Positions 24,274-34,941 of a stretch of 42,850 bases of DNA are shown here, one piece after another; position 1 is the first letter of the stretch; every line of letters starts with the position of its first letter. The notes beneath the pieces were generated by a model. That model worked only from the letters and a program-made list of their open reading frames with translations, searched no databases and was not told the DNA's origin. The position numbers were made by a program, and so were the translations under genes. The stretch is from Gemmatimonadaceae bacterium (GTDB taxonomy: Bacteria; Gemmatimonadota; Gemmatimonadetes; Gemmatimonadales; Gemmatimonadaceae), in assembly GCA_051005015.1 (NCBI GenBank), contig JBPCJT010000243.1, positions 1 through 42,850 on the forward strand, given 5' to 3'.

Positions 24274-25959
24274 ATGCTCACCAAATCTGTTTTCCTCCCC
24301 GCGCTCATCTTTGCTCACTCCGGGTGCGCGATGACATCCCCTGCTTCCCAGCCGGTACCATCTCCCTCCGGATCCGAAATCACCCTCGCGGTAATCAATG
24401 CGAGAGTGTGGACCGGAGACACCCGGCGTCCGTGGGCGGATGCAGTTGCTGTGCGTGGCGACCGGATTGCCGCGGTGGGGTCCGGGGCGGAAGTTCGCAA
24501 GATTGCTGGTGAGAAGACGCGCGTAATCGACGCGGGCGGAAAAATGCTCGTGCCTGGTTTCATCGATGCGCACGTGCATTTTATCGACGGCGGTTTCCGG
24601 CTCTCATCCGTGCAGTTGCGCGATTCAAAAACGCCGGCGGAGTTCATAGCCCGGATCAAGTCGTACGCCGCAACTGTTCCTCCGGGTACATGGATCACTG
24701 GCGGCGACTGGGATCACACTGTGTGGGGGGGAGAGCTTCCTCACCGAGGCTGGATCGACCCGATCACCCCCAATCATCCCGTTTGGGTCAACCGGCTCGA
24801 TGGCCACATGGCCCTGGCCAATAGCGCGGCGCTCGCAGCAGGCCGGATAACCGCCTTGACCCCCGAAGTCGAGGGTGGAACCATTGTCCGGGATGCGAAC
24901 GGGGAGCTTACCGGCTTACTCAAGGACAACGCGCTGGAGCTGGTAAATCGCGCAGTCCCCAGCGCGCCTCCTGCGTTGAGCGATCGCGCGCTCGACGCTG
25001 CCATGCGCTTCGTCGCGGAACAGGGCGTAACGTCGATTCACAACATGGGATCATGGGACGACGTTGCCGTATTCGAGCGCGCTCGTGCGGGCGGACGTCT
25101 GACGACGCGCATTTACGCTGCAGTGCCGCTGGCGACGTGGCAGCAGTTGCGCGATACGGTGGCGACGCGAGGGCGAGGCGACAATTGGCTTGGAGTTGGA
25201 GCGCTCAAGGGATTCGTCGATGGCTCGCTCGGATCTCACACAGCGGCGATGCTCCAACCCTTTACCGACTCACCACGCGACACCGGACTTCTGGTTACCA
25301 CGCCCGAGAACCTGTACGCTTGGACGTCGGGCGCGGACAAGGCCGGACTCCATGTCGCGGTGCACGCAATCGGCGACCGCGCCATTCGCCTGCAGCTCGA
25401 CGTGTTCGAGCGTGTCGCGCGTGAGAACGGTGAGCGCGACAGACGCTTCCGTATCGAGCACGCGCAACATCCGCATCGCGCCGATATCCCGCGCTTCGCC
25501 GCGCTCGGCGTAATCGCGAGCATGCAGCCGTATCACGCCATCGATGATGGACGCTGGGCGGAAGCCGTCATTGGTGCCGAGCGAATAAGGACGACGTACG
25601 CGTTCCGGTCGCTTCTGGACTCCAGGGCGCGAATCGCTTTCGGCAGCGATTGGTTCGTGGCTCCGCCTACGCCGCTCGAAGGGATCTATGCAGCGGTCAC
25701 CCGACGAACGCTCGACGGCAAGAATCCGGGCGGTTGGGTGCCGGCCGAAGCGATTTCGGTGGAAGAAGCGCTGCGCGCATACACGATCGATGCGGCCTAC
25801 GCCAGCTTCGAGGAAAAGGAGAAAGGGACGCTGGAGCGCGGTAAGCTCGCCGATTTCGTTCTCATCGATCGCGATCTCACGCGCATTCCACCCGCAACCA
25901 TTCGCGACGCCCGGATCGTCATGACTGTAGTAGGAGGAGAGCCCGTCTTCGAGCGCTGA
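24274..25959 (+). CDS. metal-dependent amidohydrolase (amidohydrolase-3 / YtcJ-like), secreted or lipid-anchored
   Basis: PGFIDAHVHFIDGG (HxH), HAIGDRA, and later EHAQH and GSDW. The N-terminus MLTKSVFLPALIFAHSGC is signal-like. The ATG at 24274 is preferred over the track start, which would translate the heptamer arrays. Confidence 0.88.
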   Translation: MLTKSVFLPALIFAHSGCAMTSPASQPVPSPSGSEITLAVINARVWTGDTRRPWADAVAVRGDRIAAVGSGAEVRKIAGEKTRVIDAGGKMLVPGFIDAHVHFIDGGFRLSSVQLRDSKTPAEFIARIKSYAATVPPGTWITGGDWDHTVWGGELPHRGWIDPITPNHPVWVNRLDGHMALANSAALAAGRITALTPEVEGGTIVRDANGELTGLLKDNALELVNRAVPSAPPALSDRALDAAMRFVAEQGVTSIHNMGSWDDVAVFERARAGGRLTTRIYAAVPLATWQQLRDTVATRGRGDNWLGVGALKGFVDGSLGSHTAAMLQPFTDSPRDTGLLVTTPENLYAWTSGADKAGLHVAVHAIGDRAIRLQLDVFERVARENGERDRRFRIEHAQHPHRADIPRFAALGVIASMQPYHAIDDGRWAEAVIGAERIRTTYAFRSLLDSRARIAFGSDWFVAPPTPLEGIYAAVTRRTLDGKNPGGWVPAEAISVEEALRAYTIDAAYASFEEKEKGTLERGKLADFVLIDRDLTRIPPATIRDARIVMTVVGGEPVFER

Positions 25960-26046
25960 CTCTTGCGCTCCTGTTTGATCACCCTAGCTTCGACCTGTAT
26001 CATGTCTTTTAGGTGGGGCGCTGAACGTTCAGGAGACCGGACTCGC

Positions 26047-26469
26047 ATGAGCTACGCGCGCAACATGTTGTCGTTTTCCCTCGTCCTGGCGGTTCTGGCT
26101 TGCCCATCGCCGCCTCCGGGCGAGGAAACTGCTCCGCCGAGCGATAAGGCGCCCGCAAGTGAAAGGGTCGGCGAGCCAACGATAGCCGGGCTGGAGCAGG
26201 AGGTGAAAGCGCTCGCGAAGACCAACGGTTGTACGGGGAGCAGTCAGTGCAAGGCGGCGCCCGCGGGAGCAAAGGCATGCGGGGGGCCTCGGTACTGGAT
26301 CCCGTACTGCCCGTTGACCACCGATGAGGGGGCGCTAATGCGAAAGCTGGAAGAGCTGCGAACTGCGGAGGAGCGCTCCAACCGCGACAGCGGAATGATG
26401 TCTGACTGCGCTATGACTGCGGAGCCGAAGGTTGCTTCGGTGAACGGAGTCTGTCAGGCGGTACCGTAA
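26047..26469 (+). CDS. hypothetical Cys-rich lipoprotein
   Basis: MSYARNMLSFSLVLAVLAC has a lipobox-like VLAC. AGGAG lies about 12 nt upstream. I recognise no family. Confidence 0.5.
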   Translation: MSYARNMLSFSLVLAVLACPSPPPGEETAPPSDKAPASERVGEPTIAGLEQEVKALAKTNGCTGSSQCKAAPAGAKACGGPRYWIPYCPLTTDEGALMRKLEELRTAEERSNRDSGMMSDCAMTAEPKVASVNGVCQAVP

Positions 26470-26556
26470 CGAACGGTTGGGGGATGGTCAGCCCGGGTTG
26501 CCGTGCAGCGTCTTGTGAAGTGAGCGATTCGCAGACTGGAACTCGAGCACCCGCGG

Positions 26557-28665
26557 TCAATACCGCACGATCTCCTCGTAAGCCCGCTTGAAATCCTCCA
26601 CCTGTGGGAGGATCGCGTCCTCGAGAGAAGGCGCGTAACCCACAAAAGTGTCGGTGGAAGCTACGCGTCTTACCGGCGCATCCAGCCATGCAAAGCACTC
26701 GTCAGCTATTGCCGCCGAAATCTCTGCGCCGTATCCCCAGGAAAGCGAGTCTTCGTAGGCGACAATAACGCGGGACGTTTTTCTGACGGATGCGAATACT
26801 GTCTCACGGTCCCATGGAGAAAGCGATCGGAGGTCGATTACCTCCACGCTCACGCCGGAATCCGCGATCTGATTCGCCGCCGCGAAGGCGCGCTGCACCG
26901 TGGCGCCGTAGGTAACCAGAGTGACGTCCGTTCCTTCGCGAACCACCCTCGCTTTTCCGAAAGGAACCATGAAATTCGGTCCGGGATACTGCGCCTTGTT
27001 GTAAGTCTGACGGTAGAGGTGCTTGTGCTCGAGAAAGATCACCGGATCATCGCACCGGATCGCGGTGCGGAGCATACCGTTTGCGTCAAGCGCCGTTGCC
27101 GGGCAAACCACCCGAAGCCCCGGGCAGTGCGTGAATAGCGACGCCCCCGTTTGCGAGTGGTAGATGGCGCCACGGATGTACCCACCGTACGTCACTCGCA
27201 CGACAACCGGGGAGCTGAAGGCGTTATTGGACCGCCAACGCATCGTGGCGAGCTCGTCACGGAGCTGCATGTACGCCGGCCAGATGTAGTCGAAGAACTG
27301 TATCTCGACGACCGGCTTGAACCCTCGCGTGGCCAGCCCGATGGCGCGTCCCACAATATTCGCTTCGGCGAGGGGAGAGTTGTACACCCGCGCTCCTCCG
27401 AACTCCTTCTGAAGTCCCCAGGTCACCTTGAAGACGCCGCCCTTTCCCTTGACCTTGCCGAGGTACTCTTCCCGGCTCACATCGGCCACGTCCTGGCCGA
27501 ACACCAGAATCTTCGGGTCACGCCGCATCTCGTCCTTCATGCACGCATTGAGGAGATCGACCATGGTCGTCTCATTTCCCGAGAACTGCGGGTCGTCCTC
27601 CGTGTCGAACTGCTCGCCGGAAGGATCCACATCGGGTGAGTAAACGGCGTAGTACACCGTGTCGGAGCCGGGCTGTGGCTGCGCGAGCGCATCGTCGGTC
27701 GCCTCGAGCACCAGGGCGTCCGTGTCCTCGTTTATTTTTCTGATTTCGTCCTGGGTCGCATGGCCCTCGCTTACAAGCCAGGCGGGAAAGACGGTAACCG
27801 GGTCGCGCGTCGCATCCGCTTCGCGCTCGGCGGGCGGACGGTACATCGATTCGTCGTCCGAAAGCGAATGCGAATAAGGCCTGATGACGTGAGCGTGCAC
27901 GAGCGCCGGCCCTTTGCGCTTTCGTGCATATGCAACCGCTTTTTTCATCACCTCATAGCTGGCCAGAAAGTCGCAGCCGTCTACCTCCTGAATGAGAAGC
28001 GCGGGGAAGGAAGCGACCAGCCTGGAGATCGAGCCGCCAGCCGTGTTCACCTCGACGGGAACGGAGATGGCATAGCCATTGTCCTCAACTACATATACGA
28101 CTGGGAGCTTGAGATTGCAGGCCGAATTAAGTGATTCCCAGAACTCGCCTTCGCTGGTCGTACCGTCGCCGGTGGAAACGTAAACCACCTCGTCGCCCTC
28201 GAATCCTCCCGCGATGTTCAGCAGCGAGGCGCGCATGGATGCTTCGGCGCAGCCGACGGACTGGAGAAACTGTGTTCCCGTGGGAGAGGACGACGAGACA
28301 ATGTTGAGCTTCTTGTGTCCCCAGTGGCTTGGCATCTGCCTGCCGCCGGAATTGGGATCTATCGCGGCGCCCACCGCCTCGTAAAGCATCTCGGCCGGAG
28401 TCATGCCGAGCTGCAGACATAGCGCGCGATCACGGTAGTACGGGTAGAACCAATCGTAACTCGGCTTGAGCGCCATGCCGGCGGCGGTGAGAATAGCCTC
28501 GTGGCCCGCGCCAGAGATCTGGAAAAAGATCTTGTTTTGCCGCTTGAGCTGGATCTCCTTGTCGTCCAGCTTGCGGGACAGGTACATGGTCCGGTACGCG
28601 TCGAGGAGCTGCTCGCGGGTGAGGGCGGCTGGAGGTCCGCGCTCGGCGCGGGTTTGCGTTGCCAA
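26557..28665 (-). CDS. 2-oxoacid (branched-chain type) dehydrogenase E1 component, fused alpha-beta subunits
   Basis: The N-terminal half is E1-alpha-like with the TPP motif [16 protein letters not shown]. The C-terminal half is E1-beta/transketolase-like (VFGQDV...[30 protein letters not shown]). The start is TTG at 28665, preceded by GAGGAG 7 nt upstream. Confidence 0.9.
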   Translation of the reverse strand: MATQTRAERGPPAALTREQLLDAYRTMYLSRKLDDKEIQLKRQNKIFFQISGAGHEAILTAAGMALKPSYDWFYPYYRDRALCLQLGMTPAEMLYEAVGAAIDPNSGGRQMPSHWGHKKLNIVSSSSPTGTQFLQSVGCAEASMRASLLNIAGGFEGDEVVYVSTGDGTTSEGEFWESLNSACNLKLPVVYVVEDNGYAISVPVEVNTAGGSISRLVASFPALLIQEVDGCDFLASYEVMKKAVAYARKRKGPALVHAHVIRPYSHSLSDDESMYRPPAEREADATRDPVTVFPAWLVSEGHATQDEIRKINEDTDALVLEATDDALAQPQPGSDTVYYAVYSPDVDPSGEQFDTEDDPQFSGNETTMVDLLNACMKDEMRRDPKILVFGQDVADVSREEYLGKVKGKGGVFKVTWGLQKEFGGARVYNSPLAEANIVGRAIGLATRGFKPVVEIQFFDYIWPAYMQLRDELATMRWRSNNAFSSPVVVRVTYGGYIRGAIYHSQTGASLFTHCPGLRVVCPATALDANGMLRTAIRCDDPVIFLEHKHLYRQTYNKAQYPGPNFMVPFGKARVVREGTDVTLVTYGATVQRAFAAANQIADSGVSVEVIDLRSLSPWDRETVFASVRKTSRVIVAYEDSLSWGYGAEISAAIADECFAWLDAPVRRVASTDTFVGYAPSLEDAILPQVEDFKRAYEEIVRY

Positions 28666-28728
28666 ATTGAATCTCCTCGGTGGGTTCAGAGGTAATGGCG
28701 AAAGATAGCAGCGGCTCGTGGCCCGGAG

Positions 28729-30385
28729 CTACCGCCGGGGCTCTCCCAACACCGTCTGCAGCGCGGCTCGGACCTGTGCCACCTGAGTGTTGATGGCAGG
28801 CTCGGCATTCGCTCGGAGTGCCAGATAATGTGAATATGCACGTATCGCCCCTTCGCGATCGCCCGTGACAACCGCCAGGCGGCCTTCTTCACGAAGGTAG
28901 GTGGGCAGGTACTGTGGAACTCTGAGTCCGTATCGCCGGCGGCGCGTCGATGGCCAAGCCGCCTATCGTCGCGCGCGCTTCTGGGATGCTCTGGAGATCC
29001 ACTAACGAAAAGAGACTGTCGGCGGGGCCCTCGGCGTTCGCTTGAGCCTGCGTTTTTCCGCTCGGAACGTCCAGGATGCTTGCGTTCAGAACGATTCGCG
29101 AAGACGTACCAACTGCGCCGCCGAGGAGGAGCTGCCGGCACCCAACTGCCGCGCGATATTCAATGCTGCTTCCTGCGAAAAGCTCTTCACCGTCGGACAT
29201 TCCCGCCCGTCGCCAGGCGCTGACCGCGGACCGTGGATCAACCGCTCGAGGACCACCATCGCCGGTGAGCTTAGCGGCGAGTAGGTCGATCATCCCGTCG
29301 TGTAGATACTTCAAGTCCGGGGCTGCGCCTGTAACGCGAAAGGGAAGCACGGCTATCACGTCTGAAGCCATCGCCATTTCGGTCCCCCCGTCGTGCTGGC
29401 GAAGTGCCCACCCAATGCTGAGAGCCACGATTACCGATCCGACCCCGATGACGAGTGCTGCGCGGCCTGGCAGTCGCCGGGGTACGGTTCCGGTTCCGCT
29501 TCGACCAAGTAGTTCCTCCGGTTGTCACGAGTCTGTCCAACGCGGCTCGAAGCTCTCCGGCACTCTGAGGCCGGTCAGCCGGGCGCTTCTCGAGGCACTG
29601 CTTGACTAGCGTCGCGAGCGCCGCCGGTACGGACGAGCGATGCTTGGCTAGCGGATCGGGCGTCTCGGTCAAGTGGGCCGCGAGCATGCCTTGTGGCGAG
29701 AACGTAGCGAATGGCGGCTGAACCGTGAGCATCTCATACCCGAGAGCGCCCGTAGCGTAGATGTCCGCGCGATGATCCGTGCGCGGGTCGCCGACCGCCT
29801 GCTCCGGGGCCATGTACGCTGGCGTACCAAGAGCGACGCCAGTTGCGGTTAGAGCCGGACCAGAGGACGATTTGCCGGGCGCGTTGCTTTGAGAATCGAC
29901 GAGAGCGCCAACCAATGCCTTGGCGACGCCGAAGTCGGTGACAACTGCGTGCTGGGCAGTCAGGAGCACATTGTCCGGCTTGATGTCGCGGTGAACGACT
30001 CCATGCTTATGCGCGTAATCGAGCGCATCGGCTACGTCCCGGAGTACTCGAACGGCGTCTGCAATCGGCAACTCGCCATCGCGGGCAAGCCTGGCCCGAA
30101 GCGACTCGCCTTCGATCAGGGGCATCGTGTAGTAGAGGATGCCGTCCGCCGTCCCAGCGTTATGGATCGGAACGATATGCGGGTGGTGTAACTGCGCGGC
30201 GACCTGCACTTCGAGGCGAAAGCGGTCGGAATTCACGCCTGCGGCGAGATCGGGCGGAAGGGTCTTGAAGACTACGTGTCGTCCTAGCGCGGTTCCCGCG
30301 CAACGAAAACACGGCTCATCCCGCCGCCGCCCAGCTCGCGCTCAATGGCAAAGGCGCTTCCCAACGCAGATTGGAGGCGCTTCAT
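28729..30385 (-). pseudogene. Ser/Thr protein kinase (Hanks type, TM + IAVLPF domain + TPR-like tail) disrupted by at least three frameshifts
   Basis: The N-lobe MKRLQSALGSAFAIERELGGGGMSRVFVARE runs into a TAG at 30286..30284. The rest of the kinase continues in another frame (TALGRHVVFKTLPP...HRDIKPDNVLL...DFG...GTPAYMAPEQ; track ORF 29271..30236). The TM segment and IAVLPFRVTG domain are in a third reading (track ORF 28889..29428). The tail YLREEGRLAVVTGDREGAIRAYSHYLALRANAEPAINTQVAQVRAAL ends at TAG 28731..28729 in yet another frame. Confidence 0.75.
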
Positions 30386-30625
30386 GAAGTCGGTCAACAG
30401 ACAAGCTCCGGCTGAATGCCTCTAGAATAGACCATGCAACGAACGCGAGCTAGCCAGGCATTGCGCGCTAAAGCTAGCTGGCCTGGCGTCCATGTGAGGA
30501 TTGGAATGTGGGTGCGCCGAGAACTCGGTTGCCGCTTCTGGCCAGATTCTGACTGGACTCCGGATAGACGCTCCCCTATTCTTGTCGGGACGTACCGCAG
30601 CCCCCACTACAAATGGAATAGAAGC

Positions 30626-31828
30626 ATGCAAAAGATTCCCTTCCTTTGCGGCGCCATTCTAGCCGCGAGTCTGACTGTCCCTTCCACATCCTCCGCCCAG
30701 ATAGGCGGTCTCATCAAGCGAAAGGCGAAGGAAAGGATCGAACAGAAGATTGTCGAATGCATGGCGACGGATCTGGAGTGCATCAGGAAAGCGAAAGCCG
30801 AGGGGAAGGAAGTAAAGGTCACGGAGAGTAGCGAAGTCGCGACAGACGCTGGAGGCGTGAGCGCGGCAGCAGGCGGCTCCGTTTCTCTTAAGCCTGGCGA
30901 AGGCGCGTGGGCGAACTACGACTTCAAGCCCGGCGACAGGATCCTCTTCGCAGACGACTTGACCAAGGACAACGTGGGGGACTTTCCACGGCGGCTGGAG
31001 TTTATCGAGGGGACCTCGGAGATTGTTGAATGGAAGGGGGGGCGGTATCTTCGCGGCACATCGGCTGTGAGGTTCGAGATTCCGCTCGCCGAGGTTTTGC
31101 CGGAGCGGTTCACGCTTGAATTCGACTACAGTGCCGGCTCGGGCTCGCTGAATGTCTACCTCGACAAAGTCAAGCACCAGTACGATCACTTCGTCTTTCA
31201 CCCTCACGGAGAGGGTGGTATTCAGATGGAAGGCCGGTCTGCGATCGCCAGGATCCCTGGAGTAAGCGGAGCCGCCGGCGCTCTTTACAAAGTGCGCATC
31301 ATGGGTGACGGCAAGTACCTCAAGGTCTACATGAACGAAACCCGGGTCGCCAACGTACCGAATGCCGACCTCGGCCGAACCAACAAGATCCATTTCTGGG
31401 TTGGTAGCAATAACGATCTTCCATCGTTTATCACAAACTTCAAGGTGGCCGCGGGCGGTAAGCCTCTATACGACGCACTCTCCGAAAAGGGCCGCGTCGC
31501 GACGCAGGGCGTTTATTTTGACTCCGGGTCCGACAAGATTCGCCCCGAATCCACCCCCACTCTCAAGGAGATCGGCGCGATGCTCAAGGAACACGCCGAC
31601 CTCAAGCTGACTATTGAGGGGCACACTGACAACGTGGGCAATGCGCAGGCGAATCATGACTTGTCGCACAAGCGCGCCGCTGCGGTCAAGGCATTTCTTG
31701 TCAGCAGTTATGGAATCGACGCGGGGCGGCTCGAGGCGACAGGGTTCGGGGACAAGAAGCCGCTGGCGCCGAACACCACACCGGAAGGACGGCAGCAAAA
31801 TCGCAGAGTGGAGCTCGTCAAGGGCTGA
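30626..31828 (+). CDS. OmpA-family protein with an N-terminal beta-rich domain
   Basis: Signal peptide MQKIPFLCGAILAASLTVPSTSSAQ. C-terminal OmpA-like domain GVYFDSGSDKIRPES...L.IEGHTDNVG....N..LS.KRA.AV...L.....I...RL...GFG...P......EGR..NRRVELV. Confidence 0.88.
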   Translation: MQKIPFLCGAILAASLTVPSTSSAQIGGLIKRKAKERIEQKIVECMATDLECIRKAKAEGKEVKVTESSEVATDAGGVSAAAGGSVSLKPGEGAWANYDFKPGDRILFADDLTKDNVGDFPRRLEFIEGTSEIVEWKGGRYLRGTSAVRFEIPLAEVLPERFTLEFDYSAGSGSLNVYLDKVKHQYDHFVFHPHGEGGIQMEGRSAIARIPGVSGAAGALYKVRIMGDGKYLKVYMNETRVANVPNADLGRTNKIHFWVGSNNDLPSFITNFKVAAGGKPLYDALSEKGRVATQGVYFDSGSDKIRPESTPTLKEIGAMLKEHADLKLTIEGHTDNVGNAQANHDLSHKRAAAVKAFLVSSYGIDAGRLEATGFGDKKPLAPNTTPEGRQQNRRVELVKG

Positions 31829-31859
31829 GCGAAGCCAGGGAAGCCGACGGCGGGGAGTC

Positions 31860-31881
31860 GGGAAGCGTCCAACACGCTTCC
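31860..31881 (+). terminator. hairpin GGAAGCG-tccaaca-CGCTTCC 32 nt after the OmpA-family stop (no T-run)
   Basis: A perfect 7-bp stem with a 7-nt loop, read directly from the sequence. Its 3' arm is also the first unit of the heptamer array at 31875. Confidence 0.4.
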
Positions 31882-31937
31882 CGCTCTGCGCCTCCCGTCT
31901 CCCGCTCTGCGCCTCCCGCCTCCCGCCCCCCGCCCCC
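31875..31937. repeat. nine phase-coherent heptamers (63 nt), consensus CGCCTCC, ending 1 nt before the HIT start codon
   Basis: Units are cgcttcc cgctctg cgcctcc cgtctcc cgctctg cgcctcc cgcctcc cgccccc cgccccc, followed by c and the ATG at 31939. I verified the coordinates unit by unit. Confidence 0.85.
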
Positions 31938-31938
31938 C

Positions 31939-32433
31939 ATGACCAAGGCTAGTGCGCATTGTATTTTCTGCGACATCGTCAAGGGTGCCGCAGAGGTGTC
32001 CGTGTGTTACGAGGACGCGGACGTGCTGGCATTTATGGACATTCAGCCCGTAAATCCGGGGCACACCCTCGTTGTTGCGCGAGCTCATCACGAGTCACTC
32101 GAAGAACTGCCCAGGGCACTCGGCGAACATCTCTTCGGGGTGGCGCTCATGCTCGGGCCTGTGATCCACAAAGCATCGCAAGCCGAGGGAATGAATCTGA
32201 TAGTTTCGAGCGGGGCGGCGGCGGGGCAGGATGTCTTTCACTTCCACATTCACCTGATTCCGCGCAGGAAGGGGGATGGCTTCGAAGTTCAGCTCCCCTT
32301 TGGCAGATCGGAGATGCCTGACCGCACCATGCTCGACGCCATGGCTGCGCGCATCATATCGGTGCTTCGAGATCCAGCGAGGAGCAGGAAAACGAATGTC
32401 GGGAAGCGAAGGGACCGGGGGAGTGGAGAGTAG
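31939..32433 (+). CDS. HIT (histidine triad) family hydrolase
   Basis: C.FC.I..G, then DI.PVNPGH.LV, and the triad HFHIHLIPR. Confidence 0.9.
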   Translation: MTKASAHCIFCDIVKGAAEVSVCYEDADVLAFMDIQPVNPGHTLVVARAHHESLEELPRALGEHLFGVALMLGPVIHKASQAEGMNLIVSSGAAAGQDVFHFHIHLIPRRKGDGFEVQLPFGRSEMPDRTMLDAMAARIISVLRDPARSRKTNVGKRRDRGSGE

Positions 32434-32497
32434 GGAGCAGGGAGGGAGATTACAACGGTTACCCGCCATCCTTACTCCCTACTCCCCGCTCCCCTTC
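32422..32497. terminator. inverted pair of 4x7-nt arrays (AGTGGAG family / complement) between the convergent HIT and MCP-like genes; both TAG stops lie inside the arms
   Basis: Left arm 32422..32449: agtggag agTAGgg agcaggg agggaga. Right arm 32470..32497: ccttact ccCTAct ccccgct ccccttc. The 21-nt cores match 17/21 as inverted copies. Both proteins end in GSGE-stop. Confidence 0.65.
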
Positions 32498-34644
32498 CTG
32501 TTTCCTCCGTCCCTTACGGCCGCCACCGCCGACGAGAGGTCTTGAGCCATCCTGCTCAAATCGGTCGCTGCGTCGTTCAGCGCCGCCAGCGACGACGCCT
32601 GTTCCTCGTTCGCCGCCGCCACGGAGTCAGTTTCCGTCGCCGCGCGCTCCGCGTCTTCCCGGGCTGCCACAAGCGAATTCGCCATCGCGGCTGAGCGATT
32701 AGCGGTTTCTCTGGCAGCGATCGCTATCCGGCCGCCCACGGCCGCGACTGCTTCCGAAGCTTCAACAATCTTGTCGAGATCGCGGGACCAGCTGCCGCTG
32801 GCCTGTGCGACCGACAGCACTTCGCTGCGAGTGCGTCCCATGAGCGTCACCGCTCGATCGAGCGTCGCGCGAATGTCGCGGACCGCGCGTTCCATCCCTT
32901 CCGCCTCCTCGGTGCTCTTGTCGGCCAGTTTGCGAACTTCCTTGGCGACGACCGCAAAGCCGCGGCCGTGTACGCCTGCCCGTGCGGCTTCCACAGCAGC
33001 GTTCAGCGCGAGTAACCCGGTCTGGTCGGCGATGGTGGTAATCGTATGTCCGAAGCGTTGCACGACGCGAGACACCGTCTGTAGTCGAGCAACCTCGTCG
33101 CTTCCTTCCTGAACGATTGCGGCCGCGGCGGTAAGTTTCGTAATGGCGTCGCGAATTGCGTCTCGGACACCGCGCGCTGTATGCACCATGCGTTGTCCGC
33201 TGTCTCTCGTCTCGGCCCCTTCACCGTGCGCGGTGTCGGCGGAAGCGCGCACGACGTGAGCGTCCTCAGCGCCGGCCGCGAGTGTGTCGGCGAGAACGCG
33301 GACTGAGGCGTGAACCTTGGCCGCGCTCTGTGCGCTCTCGGCGGTTGACGCCGCGAGCTGCTGAGTGGTGGCGGTGATCGATTCCACCTGGATCGCCGTG
33401 CGCTCCGATGCTGATAATACCGGTCGTACCAGGGAGTCCAGTTGCATCGACAGCGCCAGCTGAGGAGCGAGATAGCCGAGTAGAGAGGCATCGTGCTGGC
33501 GGTACATGCGCGCGAGCCTGTGCCTAATGCTCCAGAGTCCCACTAGCTGAGCGCCATGTTTGAGAGGAATGATGATCTCGGATCCCGTGTGCCCCCATTC
33601 TTCGCGCGCGTGGCGCGGCAGATCGGTGTCCGTGGTGGCGGTTCCGCTCTCGACTGCGAAGCCCGCCATTCCACCACTGGCGGAAAAACGCGAACCGAAC
33701 GGCTTGGCAGGATCGGTTTCAGCAAGAACCACGAACTCGTGCCGCTGGCGGTCATATGCCGAGAGTCCCATTTCCTGCCAGGGTACAAGGGTGCGCGTCA
33801 AGGCCTGTGTGTCCTGGAGCGCCTGCATGATCTCCGCGCGCGCTGTAATCAGGCTGCCCAGGCGATTCACCAGCTGCATGCTCTCACCGGTGGCGCCCTG
33901 CCGCACCAACCAATGCGACATCATCGTCAGACCGCAGATAATCAGCGCGAAGGTCACGTACTGTGGCGCCGTCAGCGACGAGTAATGCAGCCGTAGCGCT
34001 CCCAGGCCGAGGAGCGTAGCCAGTACCGTTACCGTCGCTTCCCATCGCATGCTCAGCTTGACGTCTACCCACGCTATGGCCGGAGAAAGCCGAAGCTGCA
34101 GATAGAATGTCGTATTCTGAATGACAGGGACGAGAGCGCAAAGCAGGACGAGTCGCCAGACATTCCAGGGGGCAAAAGCCGCGGTGCCAAGCCCCCCACC
34201 GAGGAGCGTGTAGATCCAGCCACTGACTGCGACCGCAGCCGTGACGTGCGACGCATTGGAAATCGCGTTGCGTGCGGGCAGCCGCCGAACCACCATGTCG
34301 CCGGCAACGATGCCAATGGCGGAGACGATAGCTCCAGCGGCCCACCCGAGCGCAAACACCGACGCCGTAGCAGTTCCGATGACGAAGCTGGCGAAGCCCT
34401 TTCCGGGGAGGGGAATACCGAATGCCCGAGCGCCAACGGTCAGCCAGAAAACGAGTAGCGCTACAGTCCATGGGAAGGGGCTCAGGTACTGCTTGAAAAC
34501 AAAGCCGAGTGATACCGCGAGCACGGCTGCCGGCATCACGGTGCGCCGGACGATCTCATCGGTAAGCCAGGAAGGCTTCTGCAAAGGGTCGGTGTCGCCG
34601 GTCGGGGTATCGAACTGCGTTGCTGGTGCGGTAGCTGCGGTCAT
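32479..34644 (-). CDS. methyl-accepting chemotaxis-like sensor: polytopic membrane N-terminus + GAF-like domain + MCP signalling domain
   Basis: The C-terminal signalling hairpin reads [44 protein letters not shown]. About 8 hydrophobic helices occupy the first ~300 aa. I see no HAMP domain. The ATG at 34644 ([10 protein letters not shown]) is preferred. Confidence 0.85.
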   Translation of the reverse strand: MTAATAPATQFDTPTGDTDPLQKPSWLTDEIVRRTVMPAAVLAVSLGFVFKQYLSPFPWTVALLVFWLTVGARAFGIPLPGKGFASFVIGTATASVFALGWAAGAIVSAIGIVAGDMVVRRLPARNAISNASHVTAAVAVSGWIYTLLGGGLGTAAFAPWNVWRLVLLCALVPVIQNTTFYLQLRLSPAIAWVDVKLSMRWEATVTVLATLLGLGALRLHYSSLTAPQYVTFALIICGLTMMSHWLVRQGATGESMQLVNRLGSLITARAEIMQALQDTQALTRTLVPWQEMGLSAYDRQRHEFVVLAETDPAKPFGSRFSASGGMAGFAVESGTATTDTDLPRHAREEWGHTGSEIIIPLKHGAQLVGLWSIRHRLARMYRQHDASLLGYLAPQLALSMQLDSLVRPVLSASERTAIQVESITATTQQLAASTAESAQSAAKVHASVRVLADTLAAGAEDAHVVRASADTAHGEGAETRDSGQRMVHTARGVRDAIRDAITKLTAAAAIVQEGSDEVARLQTVSRVVQRFGHTITTIADQTGLLALNAAVEAARAGVHGRGFAVVAKEVRKLADKSTEEAEGMERAVRDIRATLDRAVTLMGRTRSEVLSVAQASGSWSRDLDKIVEASEAVAAVGGRIAIAARETANRSAAMANSLVAAREDAERAATETDSVAAANEEQASSLAALNDAATDLSRMAQDLSSAVAAVRDGGNRKGSGE

Positions 34645-34941
34645 GTTTCGGTCTCGAGCACGGCGGATACCGCTGGAGCCCGGGTGGGATTCCGGCCGTC
34701 CGGGCGGCAACCTCGGAACGCTATTGCGCGTTTGGTTTACACGCTGCAATGTGAGGACGCGTGGCGCGCCCACGCCGTCACGCTTAACCGTCTCCTGGGG
34801 AGCGCTTTGGAGCCTCTGCCCATTGCCCGACGATCACGCCGCTTGCGAGCGGGTGAATCGACGCCCCTCTCATCTCTCCGCTCGACGCCCTGGCCTGGGA
34901 CCATTTCCCGGGCTCGGGCGTCTCTCTTTTGGTGAGGTGCC

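Noticed and set aside
28686-29428. Track ORFs 28686..29141 and 28889..29428 considered as separate genes.
   Set aside because: 28889..29428 encodes the TM and IAVLPF segment that normally follows this kinase type. 28686..29141 is an out-of-frame reading of the same region. Both are better explained as fragments of a single frameshifted kinase gene.
28729-30385. Programmed ribosomal frameshifting as the explanation for the kinase frame changes.
   Set aside because: It would need three separate shifts in different directions, with no slippery heptamer plus pseudoknot context. The first shift also produces an immediate stop. Decay or indel error is the simpler explanation.
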